Assembly (NCBI RefSeq): GCF_050285345.1
Contig: NZ_JBLZXR010000020.1
Coordinates: 1,966 to 65,965, forward strand
DNA from: Acinetobacter sp.
GTDB taxonomy: Bacteria; Pseudomonadota; Gammaproteobacteria; Pseudomonadales; Moraxellaceae
Reading direction: 5' to 3'
Length of the DNA: 64,000 nucleotides
A program made the translations under genes and the position numbers. The notes beneath the pieces are model-generated. The model was not told the origin of the DNA, made no database searches, and saw only the letters and a list, made by a program, of their open reading frames with translations. Shown piece by piece: positions 1 through 11,102 of this stretch (positions are counted from its first letter, which is position 1; each line of letters opens with the position of its first letter).

Positions 1-671
1 CCGACTAACATCACGTCCACATCAGAAAACTGATAATTGTCACTGACGTTATAATATTGGTTGCTCATATTGCGCCCACCAATCAGTGCAATCTGATTAT
101 CGGCAATAAAGCTTTTGTTGTGCATACGGCGGTTGATACGTTTTAAATCCAATACCATATCCATGGCACGAAAATGACGGAAACGGTAGGGGTTATAAAG
201 TCTGACATCGATATTGGTATGTTGATCGAGCGCCATATAAATGCCTTCCATTTTCTTGGCATTATTATCATCCACCAATAAGCGAATTTTAACGCCACGA
301 TCTGCGGCTTGAATCATGGCATGTAGTGCCAAAGAACCGATTTTATCGTTATCCCAAATATAATATTGTAAATCGAGGCTTTTTTCGGCTTTGTTAATCA
401 GTTCGATGCGTGCTGCCAAGGCTTCTAAGGGATCATACAGCAGGTGATAACCCGTCAAATCTGGATTTTGTTCACGCAGCGGCAGCACAATTTTAGCCAA
501 AGTGGTTTGTTCTGTTGGGGTGTTGAATGCGTATTCGATAGGCTGAGGCTGCTGTTTCGGTAAGGTTGTACACGCCGGCAAAGTCAAAAAGAGACTACTG
601 CTTAGCAAAATAGCTTTATAGTGGGGCTGAAGCAAAGGTATCTTTTGCTGAAACTTTGGGGCAGAGTTCAT
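1..671 (-). CDS. Phospholipase D family protein / cardiolipin synthase ClsC-like lipoprotein (5' part only; runs off window start)
   Basis: Manual translation from ATG at 671: MNSAPKFQQK...LLSSSLFLTLPAC (lipobox), then HKD motif RRMHNKSFIADNQIALIGGRN. Not in the ORF track because it is truncated by the window edge. Confidence 0.88.
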   Translation of the reverse strand, partial: MNSAPKFQQKIPLLQPHYKAILLSSSLFLTLPACTTLPKQQPQPIEYAFNTPTEQTTLAKIVLPLREQNPDLTGYHLLYDPLEALAARIELINKAEKSLDLQYYIWDNDKIGSLALHAMIQAADRGVKIRLLVDDNNAKKMEGIYMALDQHTNIDVRLYNPYRFRHFRAMDMVLDLKRINRRMHNKSFIADNQIALIGGRNMSNQYYNVSDNYQFSDVDVMLV

Positions 672-773
672 ACTACAACGATACTGAAAAAATTGATTTG
701 AGTATAAGTGTCAGCTGTGAAAAGATAAATATAGAGACAAAATTTCTAGTCAGATAAATTGTAGAGCAAATGT

Positions 774-1784
774 ATGTGGGAATTAAATTCCGTAGTGATG
801 TATTTTTATATTGGTCTGGCTGTGCTTGGGATTTGGGCCATTTCTCAAGCGTGGTTAAGCCAGTCGCGTACGGAAACCATTCATCCCTTTAAAGCCTTTG
901 TTCACTTGTTGGCTTTTTATCTGTCTTATTTACTCATTCCATTGTTCTTCTTTAGTTTTTATGCTGGCTGGAGTGGTTATTACTCACTGCATGAGGCTGT
1001 ATTTGTGGCATTGGTTACGGGCGTTTTATGTTATGCACGTTTTATCGAACCGCATTTTGTTCGGGTGCATAAGCTGCAATACAAGTTACATGAAGATCGC
1101 GCCTTATTAAAACCTGTACGTGTGGCCTTAATTGGTGATTTACATATTGGGTTATTTTCAGGCCATGAACGTCAACTGAAAATTATCGTTGAAAAAATTA
1201 ATGCCCAAAATCCAGATCTTGTAGTCGTTGCAGGGGACTGGACTTATGAGCCTGAAAATAAACTGGTAGAAGAATTGGCGGTGCTGAAAAAAATTGTGGC
1301 ACCCATTTATTCTGTCAATGGCAACCATGATGAACAGTATCCGGGACCACCGATTCAAGAACTGCTAAAAAATGCCCTGAGTTCTAACAACGTGGTTGAT
1401 ATTGAAGGGCAAGTGGTCGAATTTAATGAGTTTCGCTTACTCGGTGTTGGTGATTTATGGGCAGGTAAAGCTGATATGCGTTATTTACCTGAACTACCGC
1501 AAGATAAACCTTGGCTGATCCTTTCACATAATCCCGATACCGTGGATATGGTGCCTAAATTGCCGGGTCGTCCACTGATGTTGTCTGGGCATACCCATGG
1601 CGGGCAAGTCGAATTGCCATGGTTAACCGACTATGTGATGAAAAAAGTTTCCATTTTAGGTCACAAAAAGGGCTTATATCAGCATGAAAATGCCGATGTA
1701 TTTGTGACGGTTGGGACTGGGATGGTTGGTGTGCCATTTCGTTTTCGTGTACCACCGACGATTGATATTATTGAATTAATTTAG
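774..1784 (+). CDS. Membrane-anchored calcineurin-like metallophosphoesterase (YkuE/YaeI-like)
   Basis: N-terminal TM helices, then motifs DLH, GD, GNHD, SHNPD, SGHTHGGQ. Confidence 0.9.
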   Translation: MWELNSVVMYFYIGLAVLGIWAISQAWLSQSRTETIHPFKAFVHLLAFYLSYLLIPLFFFSFYAGWSGYYSLHEAVFVALVTGVLCYARFIEPHFVRVHKLQYKLHEDRALLKPVRVALIGDLHIGLFSGHERQLKIIVEKINAQNPDLVVVAGDWTYEPENKLVEELAVLKKIVAPIYSVNGNHDEQYPGPPIQELLKNALSSNNVVDIEGQVVEFNEFRLLGVGDLWAGKADMRYLPELPQDKPWLILSHNPDTVDMVPKLPGRPLMLSGHTHGGQVELPWLTDYVMKKVSILGHKKGLYQHENADVFVTVGTGMVGVPFRFRVPPTIDIIELI

Positions 1785-1863
1785 CAAAAAACTATCTTGG
1801 AAATGCCAGAGAATTGTTTTTTGATTGAGATCATTGCATTTCAAAAAACGATATCCAAGCCAT

Positions 1864-1896
1864 AAAAAAGCCAGCATCAATTTGCTGGCTTTTTTT
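1864..1896. terminator. Bidirectional intrinsic terminator
   Basis: aaaaaagccagca-loop-tgctggcttttttt between convergent genes. Confidence 0.8.
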
Positions 1897-1910
1897 GTAT
1901 TAAATGAGAA

Positions 1911-3224
1911 TTAAACCTGATTGTTTACATCATCATTTTTGGTTTCACGAATCAGCAAGAAGGCGAACAGTGAAAGAATCGATGCGGCTGTTAAGTAGTA
2001 ACCTACTGCATATAAACCATAACCTGTTGCCAGTTTAGTCGCGATCAATGGAGCAAAAGACGCACCAAAAATACCCGCCAAGTTAAAGGTTAGAGCTGAG
2101 CCAGTATAACGTACTGAGGTCGGGAAGATCTCGGATAATACCGTACCAATTGGACCATAGGTTAAGCCCATAATCGCTAAACCGATACACAGGAACAAGA
2201 ACACAAGGATGGTGCTGCCAGATTCAAGCATACTGGAGAATACCAGACCGAATAATGCTGATATGACGCAGACTGCAACAGATGTTGCTTTACGACCAAA
2301 TTTTTCAGCAAATACCGCAGACAATGGAATAAATGCGGCAAAGCAAAGGGTAGCCACCAATTGAAGTTTTAAGAACTCTTCACGGGTGTAGCCTAACTCG
2401 GTTGTGCCCCATTGTAAGGCGAATACCGTGGTGAGATAGAACACAACGAAGGTACAAATCGCGGCAATCGTCCCGAGTATCAACATTCCCCAGTGTTTTA
2501 CAATCACTTCTTTAAATGGAATGTTCACTTCTTTTTGCTTGTCCAAAACTTTTTGGAATGCCGGCGTTTCATGTAATTTTAAACGAATCCAAAGACCGAT
2601 AATCACCAGTAAAGCACTAGAGATGAATGGAATACGCCAACCCCATTGCATGAATTCAGCTTCAGACATGAAGTGGCCGAGAGTCAAGAATGAACCAGTT
2701 GCAAGAATGAAGCCAATCGGTGCACCCAGTTGTGGGAACATGCCATACCAAGCGCGTTTACCTTCAGGCGCATTTTCAGTTGCTAGCAGGACGGCACCTG
2801 ACCATTCGCCACCCAGACCTAAACCTTGGCCTAAACGACAAAGCGCAAGTAATAATGGTGCGGCGATACCAATTTGTGCATAAGTTGGAAGTAAACCAAT
2901 ACACACGGTGGAAATACCCATGGTGAGCAATGCGGCAACAAGGGTGGCTTTTCGACCAATCCGGTCACCGAGATGGCCGAAAAATGCAGCACCAATTGGA
3001 CGGGCAATGAACGCGATCGCAAAAGTCGCCAGAGACTGAATAGTTGCTGTGGTTGGATCGGTACTTGCAGGGAAGAACAAATGTGGGAAGATAATGACTG
3101 CCGCAGTTGCATAAATATAGAAATCGAAGAACTCGATTGTTGTACCTACAAGACTTGCTGTAAGCACGCGGAATTTTGAATTTGTTGGTTGCTGTTCCGA
3201 TACAGCAGCACTTGAAGACGCCAT
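1911..3224 (-). CDS. MFS transporter, metabolite:H+ symporter (MHS) family
   Basis: GTTIEFFDFYIY, GHLGDRIGRK, GGEWSGA motifs; about 12 TM segments. Confidence 0.92.
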   Translation of the reverse strand: MASSSAAVSEQQPTNSKFRVLTASLVGTTIEFFDFYIYATAAVIIFPHLFFPASTDPTTATIQSLATFAIAFIARPIGAAFFGHLGDRIGRKATLVAALLTMGISTVCIGLLPTYAQIGIAAPLLLALCRLGQGLGLGGEWSGAVLLATENAPEGKRAWYGMFPQLGAPIGFILATGSFLTLGHFMSEAEFMQWGWRIPFISSALLVIIGLWIRLKLHETPAFQKVLDKQKEVNIPFKEVIVKHWGMLILGTIAAICTFVVFYLTTVFALQWGTTELGYTREEFLKLQLVATLCFAAFIPLSAVFAEKFGRKATSVAVCVISALFGLVFSSMLESGSTILVFLFLCIGLAIMGLTYGPIGTVLSEIFPTSVRYTGSALTFNLAGIFGASFAPLIATKLATGYGLYAVGYYLTAASILSLFAFLLIRETKNDDVNNQV

Positions 3225-3369
3225 GGTAGACCTTACACTTACTAAAAATAATTGAACTTAGTTTTAATAGCGTAATCTTTTTAAAAAAGGCGTAATTTCT
3301 TAAAAAAACACGAAATACCTACTTACAGTCTGCGGAATTAGGGTCACTAAAGAATGCAGTGTGAGCGGT

Positions 3370-4011
3370 TTATATCACGTAGAGATAAATCGACAGGAAA
3401 TGTGATCCTGCACCTATCAATACAAAAATATGCCAGATAGCGTGGGTATATCTTACCTTTTTTAGGGCATAAAACAATGCACCAATTGTATAAGATAGCC
3501 CACCAATGATCAGGTAGGTTAAAGCTTGATCGGATAAAAAGCGTTGCATATCATCGATGACTAGCACTGCAAGCCAACCCATAACCAAATAGGCGAGGAG
3601 TGAAATTTTCTGAAAACGATTAATGAATATTAACTTGAATAGTGTTCCAATTGCCGCAATCACCCAAAGTGCGATCAATAAATAGTGTGCTTTTGCGGTG
3701 GGAATGGCGATGGCCAAAAATGGGGTATAAGTACCAGCAATCAAATAATAAATGGCAGTATGATCCAGTTTTTTATATAAACCACGACGTTCAGGGGACT
3801 CGGCAAAGTGATATAAGCTCGAAGCTGAGAATAATAAAACCATACTCAGCGCATAGACCCACAGCGCAATCCATTGTCCAGTCGGTAAATAAGCACCTTT
3901 TATAATCAATAAGATACCTGCAATGACAGACAAGGCAGCACCGAAAGCATGGGTATAGAAATTCAGCTTTTCTTCAGCGGGATCATAGTGTGCAACAGGG
4001 GGAGAGTTCAT
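3370..4011 (-). CDS. Hemolysin III / PAQR family membrane protein (YqfA/TrhA-like)
   Basis: EEKLNFYTH, SSLYH, KLDHTAIYYLIAGTYTP, HAIWHIFV motifs. Confidence 0.92.
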   Translation of the reverse strand: MNSPPVAHYDPAEEKLNFYTHAFGAALSVIAGILLIIKGAYLPTGQWIALWVYALSMVLLFSASSLYHFAESPERRGLYKKLDHTAIYYLIAGTYTPFLAIAIPTAKAHYLLIALWVIAAIGTLFKLIFINRFQKISLLAYLVMGWLAVLVIDDMQRFLSDQALTYLIIGGLSYTIGALFYALKKVRYTHAIWHIFVLIGAGSHFLSIYLYVI

Positions 4012-4118
4012 ACGGTCTCTTTTATAATAATCTAAATATACATGTGTATAGTAATTTAATTTTGCTTTTGGTGTAAGAAGATTTAAAATTGTTTTGCAAA
4101 TTTATGTAGGTTTATATT

Positions 4119-5342
4119 ATGTCATCTTTGGCTTCTCCCTCTACGCAAGAGCAGCAATTTTTAGCGGCCTTTCAGCAAGCCATTGAAACACAGCGTTTTG
4201 ATCGCATGATCTTGAGTCAATATAAAGGTGAACTTGAGCATTTGGAAAAAATAACCTTGAGAGTCATTTCATTGCAAGGGGAGTCATTTTTAAGTTGTTT
4301 ATATCGGTATAAGACTCAAGATATTACTAAAAATTACCCTATAGCTTCAGCCTTGTCACAGGTGGAGAGTCTGCTGGCATGTTGTAAGCAAGCCAATCTC
4401 ATCACGGCCGATGAAGAGTTACAGCTAAAGAAAAATAAAAAGAAAGTCATGTTGACAGTCAGTAAAGTCAAACCTGTGCTGAGTAAAAATACCGTAACTG
4501 AGCATCAAGGACATGATCGTGCCAAACATCGTTATGTTGATCAAGACAGCTACTTTTTACAGCCGCTGGGTATTACCGATGCCAAAGCACAAATTATTCC
4601 GAGCATGGCACGTAAATGGAAACAGATTAATAAATTTGTCGAAATTTTCTCAGGTGCTTTAAATCAGATTCAACATGATCAGGCGTTGCGCATAGTCGAT
4701 TTTGGTTCAGGCAAAGGTTATTTAACGTTTGCCTTGTATGATTATTTGGCCAAACAGGCTCAAACGCCGTTTGTGACTGGGGTTGAGCTCAATCCGAAAA
4801 TGGTTGAGTTCTGCCAATCGGTTGCGGCACGTTCGCAGTTTACCCAACTGGACTTTTTCCAAGGAGATGTGCGGACCTATGCACCTGAACGTTTGGATGT
4901 GATGATTGCCTTACATGCCTGTGATGTGGCAACCGATTTTGCCATTCATACCGGTATCCGGCTGAATGCGCAAATGATCATGTGCGCGCCATGTTGTCAT
5001 AAAGAATTACGCCCGCAGCTGACAGCACCGAAAGTATTGGCACCAATGTTGCAGTTTGGCATACATGCCGGGCAACAAGCGGAAATGCTGACCGATACCA
5101 TTCGTGCCTTGTTACTCAAAGCCTACGGCTATGAAACCAAAGTCTTTGAATTTGTGGCATTGGAACATACCAGTAAAAATAAAATGATTTTGGCAACCAA
5201 ACGTCAAGATTATCAACAACCTGATCAGGCTGTTTTGGCACAAATACAAGCATTGAAAGACATGTATGGCATTCAAAAACATTCCTTAGAGTTGTTGTTG
5301 AATGATCAATGGGATCAGCAAGATATTGGCTGTAAATGCTGA
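4119..5342 (+). CDS. Class I SAM-dependent methyltransferase
   Basis: IVDFGSGKGYLTF motif I; ALHACDVATD; APCCH. Confidence 0.85.
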   Translation: MSSLASPSTQEQQFLAAFQQAIETQRFDRMILSQYKGELEHLEKITLRVISLQGESFLSCLYRYKTQDITKNYPIASALSQVESLLACCKQANLITADEELQLKKNKKKVMLTVSKVKPVLSKNTVTEHQGHDRAKHRYVDQDSYFLQPLGITDAKAQIIPSMARKWKQINKFVEIFSGALNQIQHDQALRIVDFGSGKGYLTFALYDYLAKQAQTPFVTGVELNPKMVEFCQSVAARSQFTQLDFFQGDVRTYAPERLDVMIALHACDVATDFAIHTGIRLNAQMIMCAPCCHKELRPQLTAPKVLAPMLQFGIHAGQQAEMLTDTIRALLLKAYGYETKVFEFVALEHTSKNKMILATKRQDYQQPDQAVLAQIQALKDMYGIQKHSLELLLNDQWDQQDIGCKC

Positions 5343-5776
5343 TGGAGAGACAAATGCAACAGCTACAAATTCTTTCGGGCAGTTGGGAACAATTTGCACA
5401 AGATGCCAAACTGATTCGTGAGCAGGTCTTTATTCAGGAACAGCAAATTGCAGCTGAAGATGAATGGGACAGTGAAGATGCTGTGTCACTACATTTCATT
5501 GCCTATGATCAGGGGCAAGCCATTGCCACAGCACGTTTGCTTGAAAATAACAGTATTGGTCGCGTGGCTGTGCTCAAAGAGTATCGTGGGCAGGGTGTCG
5601 GTCGTGTATTGATGCAAAGCATTATTCAATTGGCTCAGCAACAAGGCAGATCGTTTGTCAAACTCTCCTCACAAGTTCATGCGCTGCCATTTTATGCCTC
5701 TCTTGGCTTTATAGCTGAGGGTGAGGAATATTTGGATTGTGGGATTCCACATATGGATATGCGATTGTGCTTTTAA
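5342..5776 (+). CDS. GNAT N-acetyltransferase (ElaA/YjcF-like)
   Basis: GRVAVLKEYRGQGVG acetyl-CoA motif; FYASLGF; TGATG overlap with upstream stop. Confidence 0.88.
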   Translation: MERQMQQLQILSGSWEQFAQDAKLIREQVFIQEQQIAAEDEWDSEDAVSLHFIAYDQGQAIATARLLENNSIGRVAVLKEYRGQGVGRVLMQSIIQLAQQQGRSFVKLSSQVHALPFYASLGFIAEGEEYLDCGIPHMDMRLCF

Positions 5777-5803
5777 ATTAAATGCAACGATCAATCCTCT
5801 GGA

Positions 5804-5841
5804 CATAAAAAAACGCTTAAATTATTAAGCGTTTTTTTATG
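5804..5841. terminator. Bidirectional intrinsic terminator
   Basis: cataaaaaaacgcttaa-atta-ttaagcgtttttttatg. Confidence 0.75.
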
Positions 5842-5850
5842 CGTGGAAGC

Positions 5851-6192
5851 TTAGTGTTCGTTGCTTGATGTTGGCTCAGGGCTAGTATCATCCATATGTG
5901 CATGTTGCTCTGGCGTCATGTGCATGTCTTCAACTGCTGCTGCGTGACTTGCCGATTGTTCACGGGTCGCTTTATCTGCTTGGGCTTGTTGTAACGCTTC
6001 CTCTGACATCACTGGCGCATTTTTAAACGCATGCTGTTGGGTATTGTTTTTATTTTGCTGACTTGGCATATAGTCTGGTTCATTGGAGATTGCAAGCCAG
6101 AAAATAAACATAAACAGACCACCTAAAATACAAAAGATAATCAGTGCTTTCCAACCCCAAGGTGATTTTTCAGGAGAAGAATGATCAGTCAT
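5851..6192 (-). CDS. Hypothetical single-pass membrane protein with His-containing C-terminal tail
   Basis: 113-aa ORF, one TM helix, SD-like gggtagg upstream. Confidence 0.75.
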   Translation of the reverse strand: MTDHSSPEKSPWGWKALIIFCILGGLFMFIFWLAISNEPDYMPSQQNKNNTQQHAFKNAPVMSEEALQQAQADKATREQSASHAAAVEDMHMTPEQHAHMDDTSPEPTSSNEH

Positions 6193-6306
6193 AACAACCT
6201 ACCCAATTCAAAAGATAAATTAAAATAATGTTACTTTATAACATGAAATTACTGAAATAACGTGTAAATTTTAGACTTGTTGTCGATCAACAGGTTGAGA
6301 CGTACG

Positions 6307-6333
6307 AAATAAGGAGCGCTCGGCTCCTTATTT
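6307..6333 (-). terminator. Intrinsic terminator after fadB-like gene
   Basis: aaataaggagc-gctcg-gctccttattt hairpin. Confidence 0.65.
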
Positions 6334-6350
6334 AATTTGCATTGGATGGA

Positions 6351-8483
6351 TCAGATCAACTCATTTTTTGCGACTTTATCTTTCAGCAATTGCGGTGCTT
6401 TAAAGCGTTCACCGTATTTCGCTTCCAGTGTATTTGCACGCTCAAGCGCTTTTTCCAAACCATATTGATTGAGGAATTGCAGCGCGCCACCTGTCCATGG
6501 GGCAAAGCCAATACCGAAAATTGAACCGACATTGCCATCTACAGTCGATTCCAACACGCCTTCTTCTAGGCAGCGCAGGGTATCTAAAGACTGCACAAAC
6601 AGGAAGCGATCAATCATTTCCTGTTCAGAAATATGGGTATCCTTTTGCCATTTGCTTAAGCCTTCCCATAAATGCTTTTTGCCACCTTCAGGATAGTCAT
6701 AGAAGCCTGCGCCCGCCGCTTTGCCTTTGCGGCCAAACTCATGAATCATGCTTTGAATCACTTCATCAGCGCCTGAGTACGGCAAGTCTTTGCCTTCTGC
6801 TTGCAGCGCTTTACGAGTCTCATGCGCAACATGTTCAGACAGCGTCAGCGAGACTTCGTCTTGAATGGCAAGCGGGCCGACGGGCATGCCAGCTTTCAGC
6901 GCTGCCATTTCAATCCTCGCAGGAGGAATGCCTTCGTGTAATAAGTGTAAACCTTCCTGCACAAAAGTGCCAAACACACGGCTAGTAAAGAAGCCGCGGC
7001 TATCATTGACCACAATTGGGGTTTTACCAATTTGCTGTACATAGTCATAGGCTTTGGACAAGGTTTCTGCCGAAGTATTTTTCCCTTTGATGATTTCTAC
7101 CAGCTGCATTTTATCGACTGGACTAAAGAAATGCAGGCCAATGAAATGCGCTTGATCTTTTGATGCGTCCGCTAGACCTGAAATCGGCAAGGTTGAGGTA
7201 TTAGATGCAAAAATGCCACCATCTGCCAAATAGGCTTCGGCTTCTTGAGTGACTTGGGCTTTCAGTTGCTGATTTTCAAACACAGCTTCAATGATCAGGT
7301 CACAGCCTTGCAAATCCGCTGCTTCCGCCGTGGTATGAATCAATCCTAAAACCTGATCACGCTGTTCTGCACTGAGGCGACCTTGCGAAACTTTTTTATC
7401 TAGCAATTTTTGACTATAGGCTTTGCCTTTTTCTGCATTTTCAAGTGATACATCTTTCAGCACAACGGCGATGCCTTTGGATGCAGTTGCATAGGCAATG
7501 CCTGCACCCATCATGCCTGCACCTAAAATGCCGACTTTAGTGGCTTTCCATTTCGCCACATCTTTGGGACGGCTGGCGCCTGATTTAATCGCATTGAGTC
7601 CATGCCAGAAGGTGCCGATCATATTTTTAGAAATTTGACCGGTGGCCAAATAGGTAAAATAGCGTGATTCAATGGTCAGTGCGGTATCTACATCAACCTG
7701 AGCGCCTTCAACAGCAGCAGCCATAATTGCTTCAGGTGCTGGGTAGCAGCCTTTGGTTTTATCGCGCAGTATTGCAGGGGCAATTGCCAGCATTTGCGCC
7801 ACAGCAGGCGTAGACGGTGTACCGCCCGGAATCTTATAGCCTTTGACATCAAAAGGCTGTACCGATTTGGGATTGGCTTTGACCCAAGCCATAGCTTTAT
7901 CCATTAGTTCTTGTTCGGTTTCTGCTGTGTCATGAATGAGGCCTAATGATTTGGCTTTTTCGACACCAAATTGTTTACCTTCCATCAAGAGTGGAAAGGC
8001 ATTTTGCAGACCCAATAAACGCGTCATACGGACAATACCTCCACCGCCCGGCAGTAAGCCTAAGGTCACTTCAGGTAAGCCAAATTTTGCTTTAGGATCA
8101 TTGAGTGCAATACGATAATGACAGCCAAGTGCCAGTTCCCAGCCACCGCCAAGCGCTGTTCCATTTAAAGCAGCGACAACTGGAATGCCGCGCGTTTCGA
8201 TATAACGTAGTTTGGCTTTCATCTCTTCAATCATGTTGAAGAATTCGGTCGCATGTTCAGGTGTGGCTTGAATCAGTTCGTCTAAGTCACCGCCGGCAAA
8301 GAAGGTTTTTTTGTTCGAGCGGAAAATAATCCCTGCAATATTTTCATCGGCTTGCAGTTTTTCGACTGTTGCGCTCAGTGCCGTGCGGAAATCGGCATTC
8401 ATGGTATTGGCAGACTGGTTTGGAGAATCCAGTGTCAGGATCACGATGTTGTCGGCATTTTTTTCAAATTGAATTGCGCTCAT
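6351..8483 (-). CDS. Fatty acid oxidation multifunctional alpha subunit (enoyl-CoA hydratase / 3-hydroxyacyl-CoA dehydrogenase), FadB/FadJ-like
   Basis: Crotonase motifs ([27 protein letters not shown]); GAGMMG NAD motif; SNTS; GLHFFSP. Confidence 0.93.
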   Translation of the reverse strand: MSAIQFEKNADNIVILTLDSPNQSANTMNADFRTALSATVEKLQADENIAGIIFRSNKKTFFAGGDLDELIQATPEHATEFFNMIEEMKAKLRYIETRGIPVVAALNGTALGGGWELALGCHYRIALNDPKAKFGLPEVTLGLLPGGGGIVRMTRLLGLQNAFPLLMEGKQFGVEKAKSLGLIHDTAETEQELMDKAMAWVKANPKSVQPFDVKGYKIPGGTPSTPAVAQMLAIAPAILRDKTKGCYPAPEAIMAAAVEGAQVDVDTALTIESRYFTYLATGQISKNMIGTFWHGLNAIKSGASRPKDVAKWKATKVGILGAGMMGAGIAYATASKGIAVVLKDVSLENAEKGKAYSQKLLDKKVSQGRLSAEQRDQVLGLIHTTAEAADLQGCDLIIEAVFENQQLKAQVTQEAEAYLADGGIFASNTSTLPISGLADASKDQAHFIGLHFFSPVDKMQLVEIIKGKNTSAETLSKAYDYVQQIGKTPIVVNDSRGFFTSRVFGTFVQEGLHLLHEGIPPARIEMAALKAGMPVGPLAIQDEVSLTLSEHVAHETRKALQAEGKDLPYSGADEVIQSMIHEFGRKGKAAGAGFYDYPEGGKKHLWEGLSKWQKDTHISEQEMIDRFLFVQSLDTLRCLEEGVLESTVDGNVGSIFGIGFAPWTGGALQFLNQYGLEKALERANTLEAKYGERFKAPQLLKDKVAKNELI

Positions 8484-8494
8484 TTTTATTCTCC

Positions 8495-9700
8495 TTATAC
8501 CAGCTCAATAATGGTGGCGATGCCCATGCCGCCGCCGACACACAGGGTAGCAAGGCCGCGTTTTTTGCCTTGGCGTTCCAGTTCATCCAACAGCGTGCCT
8601 AAAATCATTGCGCCTGTTGCCCCTAGTGGATGACCCATGGCAATTGCACCGCCATTGACGTTGACTTTGGCTGGATCCACTTGAAGCTCGTTAATGAAAC
8701 ACATCACTACCGCAGCAAAGGCTTCATTCACCTCAAACAGGTCAATATCCTCAATCGTCAGGCCAGCTTTGGCTAAGGCTTTACGCGCAGCGGGCGCAGG
8801 GCCGGTCAGCATGATGGTCGGATCTGCGCCGACCAATGCCGTTGCCAGTACTTTGGCGCGTGGTTTTAAACCTTGCTCTTTGATTGCTTTTTCAGATGCC
8901 AATAAAACCACGGCAGCACCATCGACAATACCGGATGAATTGCCCGCATGATGCACATGATGAATCGCGCCTACTTCAGGGTATTTTTGCAAGGCAATGG
9001 CATCAAAGCCCATTTGCCCCATCATGGCGAAACTTGGATTCAGTTTGCTGAGACCTTCTGTTGTCGTGCTTGGTTTAATAAATTCGTCTTGAGCTAAAAT
9101 CGTCACGCCTGCTTTATCTTTGACAGGTACGACCGATTTATTGAAATAGCCATTGGCTTGGGCCGTAGCTGCTTTTCTCTGAGAATTTGCGGCAAAGGCA
9201 TCGACATCAGCACGGCTATAGCTATCAATCGTGGCAATGAGATCGGCACCAATGCCTTGCGGCACAAAATGTGACTTTAAATTAGTTTCTGGATCCAGCG
9301 CCCAAGGCCCGCCATCAGAACCCATGGGTACACGCGACATGGATTCAACACCACCGGCAACCACTAAATCTTCCCAGCCTGAACGGACTTTTTGCGCAGC
9401 CAGATTTACCGCTTCCAAACCGGACGCGCAGAAACGGTTAATCTGAACACCCGCCACATCATTGTCCCAACCCGCAGCAATAGCTGCAGTTTTGGCAATG
9501 TCTGCCCCCTGATCGCCAATAGGTGTGACGCAGCCTAAAACAATGTCATCGACTGCAGAGGTGTCAAATTTATGACGGCTTCGCAGTTCATTCAGCAGGC
9601 CGGTGAGCAGGCTGATCGGTTTAACCTCATGCAATGAACCGTCTTTTTTCCCTTTGCCGCGCGGTGTGCGAATGGCATCAATGATGTAAGCCTCGCTCAT
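8495..9700 (-). CDS. Acetyl-CoA C-acyltransferase (thiolase), FadA-like
   Basis: NRFCASG catalytic Cys; [17 protein letters not shown]. Confidence 0.93.
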   Translation of the reverse strand: MSEAYIIDAIRTPRGKGKKDGSLHEVKPISLLTGLLNELRSRHKFDTSAVDDIVLGCVTPIGDQGADIAKTAAIAAGWDNDVAGVQINRFCASGLEAVNLAAQKVRSGWEDLVVAGGVESMSRVPMGSDGGPWALDPETNLKSHFVPQGIGADLIATIDSYSRADVDAFAANSQRKAATAQANGYFNKSVVPVKDKAGVTILAQDEFIKPSTTTEGLSKLNPSFAMMGQMGFDAIALQKYPEVGAIHHVHHAGNSSGIVDGAAVVLLASEKAIKEQGLKPRAKVLATALVGADPTIMLTGPAPAARKALAKAGLTIEDIDLFEVNEAFAAVVMCFINELQVDPAKVNVNGGAIAMGHPLGATGAMILGTLLDELERQGKKRGLATLCVGGGMGIATIIELV

Positions 9701-9881
9701 AACTCTATCCCTTTATTTATGTATTAAAATTTTTATGTGTTTTTGAGTGTACGCATTAATTGGGCGAGTGCAATGACGAGAACGGGTCAGATCAAGTGAT
9801 ATTTTTAGCCAATAAAAAAGCCCAAGTTGTTCACTTGGGCGAGGATTAAAGAGCGATGTTTATTTCTATGCTTTACACAAA

Positions 9882-10892
9882 TTAATGATAACCGTGTAAT
9901 TGGCGATACAGGCCTGGGGTCACGCCTGTCCATTTTTTAAATGCACGGTGGAAGGTACTGGTTTCACTAAAGCCCACTTGTTGTGCTACATCTTCAAGAG
10001 TTAAATCTGGGTTGAGCAATAAATGAATCGCTGCATCACGACGCAATGCATCTTTTACACCTTGATAACTTTTTCCTTCGGCTGCGAGACGACGGCGAAG
10101 CGTTTGAGGGGATAGATACAACATTGATGCCACGTCATTTAGCGTTGGCATTTCTTCACCAATTTGACTCTTTAATACATCACGAATACGTGAAGTCAGT
10201 GAGTTGGTATTTTTAAACTTCACCAATAACTGTGCAGGTGCGGCTTTTAAGAACTCTTCTAAAGTTTCTTCATTTTGACGAATTGGAAGATCTAAATAGT
10301 CGGCTGCAAAGGTAATTTCGGTACGCGGCATATCGAATTGCATCACGGGTGCAAAGAATAATGCATCGTACTCATCGGCATGATCAGGGCGTGCATAACC
10401 AAAGTGTACGCGCTCAAGCGGCAGTCGGCGTTCAATCAGCCATGATGCCAAACCATGCCAAATCATCAACATACTTTCAGTAATGAAATGATCGGGATCC
10501 ATAGTTTTTGGAATCTGTGGAACTAAACGCGCTTCGTGTTTATCACGTTCCAGCGTTACAGCCCAGTCATCACCAAATAATTTGTAGAATTGAGAAGATA
10601 ATTCAAGTGCTTCACCCAAAGTTTTGGCATGAATAATCAATTGGCACATGATGGCAAACGTACCCAAACGACGTGGTTGAATATCAAAACCAACGTGTTC
10701 GTCTTGAGTCACCATCCACAACATTTTAATAAAACGTGTGTACTGTTCAGGTGAAATACGTGCTTTGGGTTGGCGTAAAAGTTCCGCCTCAATGCCAACG
10801 TGAGACAATAAAGTTTCGACATCCATGCCGAGACGTTTCACACCAGTTAAGGCTGCGTTGACGAAATGGATACTGATCGTATCACGACTCAT
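9882..10892 (-). CDS. AraC family transcriptional regulator
   Basis: C-terminal double HTH (SPQTLRRRL...VGFSETSTFHRAFKKWTGVTP); start moved to MSRDT. Confidence 0.92.
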   Translation of the reverse strand: MSRDTISIHFVNAALTGVKRLGMDVETLLSHVGIEAELLRQPKARISPEQYTRFIKMLWMVTQDEHVGFDIQPRRLGTFAIMCQLIIHAKTLGEALELSSQFYKLFGDDWAVTLERDKHEARLVPQIPKTMDPDHFITESMLMIWHGLASWLIERRLPLERVHFGYARPDHADEYDALFFAPVMQFDMPRTEITFAADYLDLPIRQNEETLEEFLKAAPAQLLVKFKNTNSLTSRIRDVLKSQIGEEMPTLNDVASMLYLSPQTLRRRLAAEGKSYQGVKDALRRDAAIHLLLNPDLTLEDVAQQVGFSETSTFHRAFKKWTGVTPGLYRQLHGYH

Positions 10893-11102
10893 GTTTAATC
10901 CTTCAGTCTCTTTAATGTTCACAAATGTTTGACCTAAATGACGCTAAAAAAGTAATTATGGCAATTTACAACAGGTATTTTACCATTTTTACATGGTAGA
11001 TTGCCGAAACTATCAAGGTAAATGGCTGAACATGACATTGTTTTAATCTTTTTATATTTTTACCATGGATGAAAAATCAACACAATTAGAGAAAAACGAC
11101 TT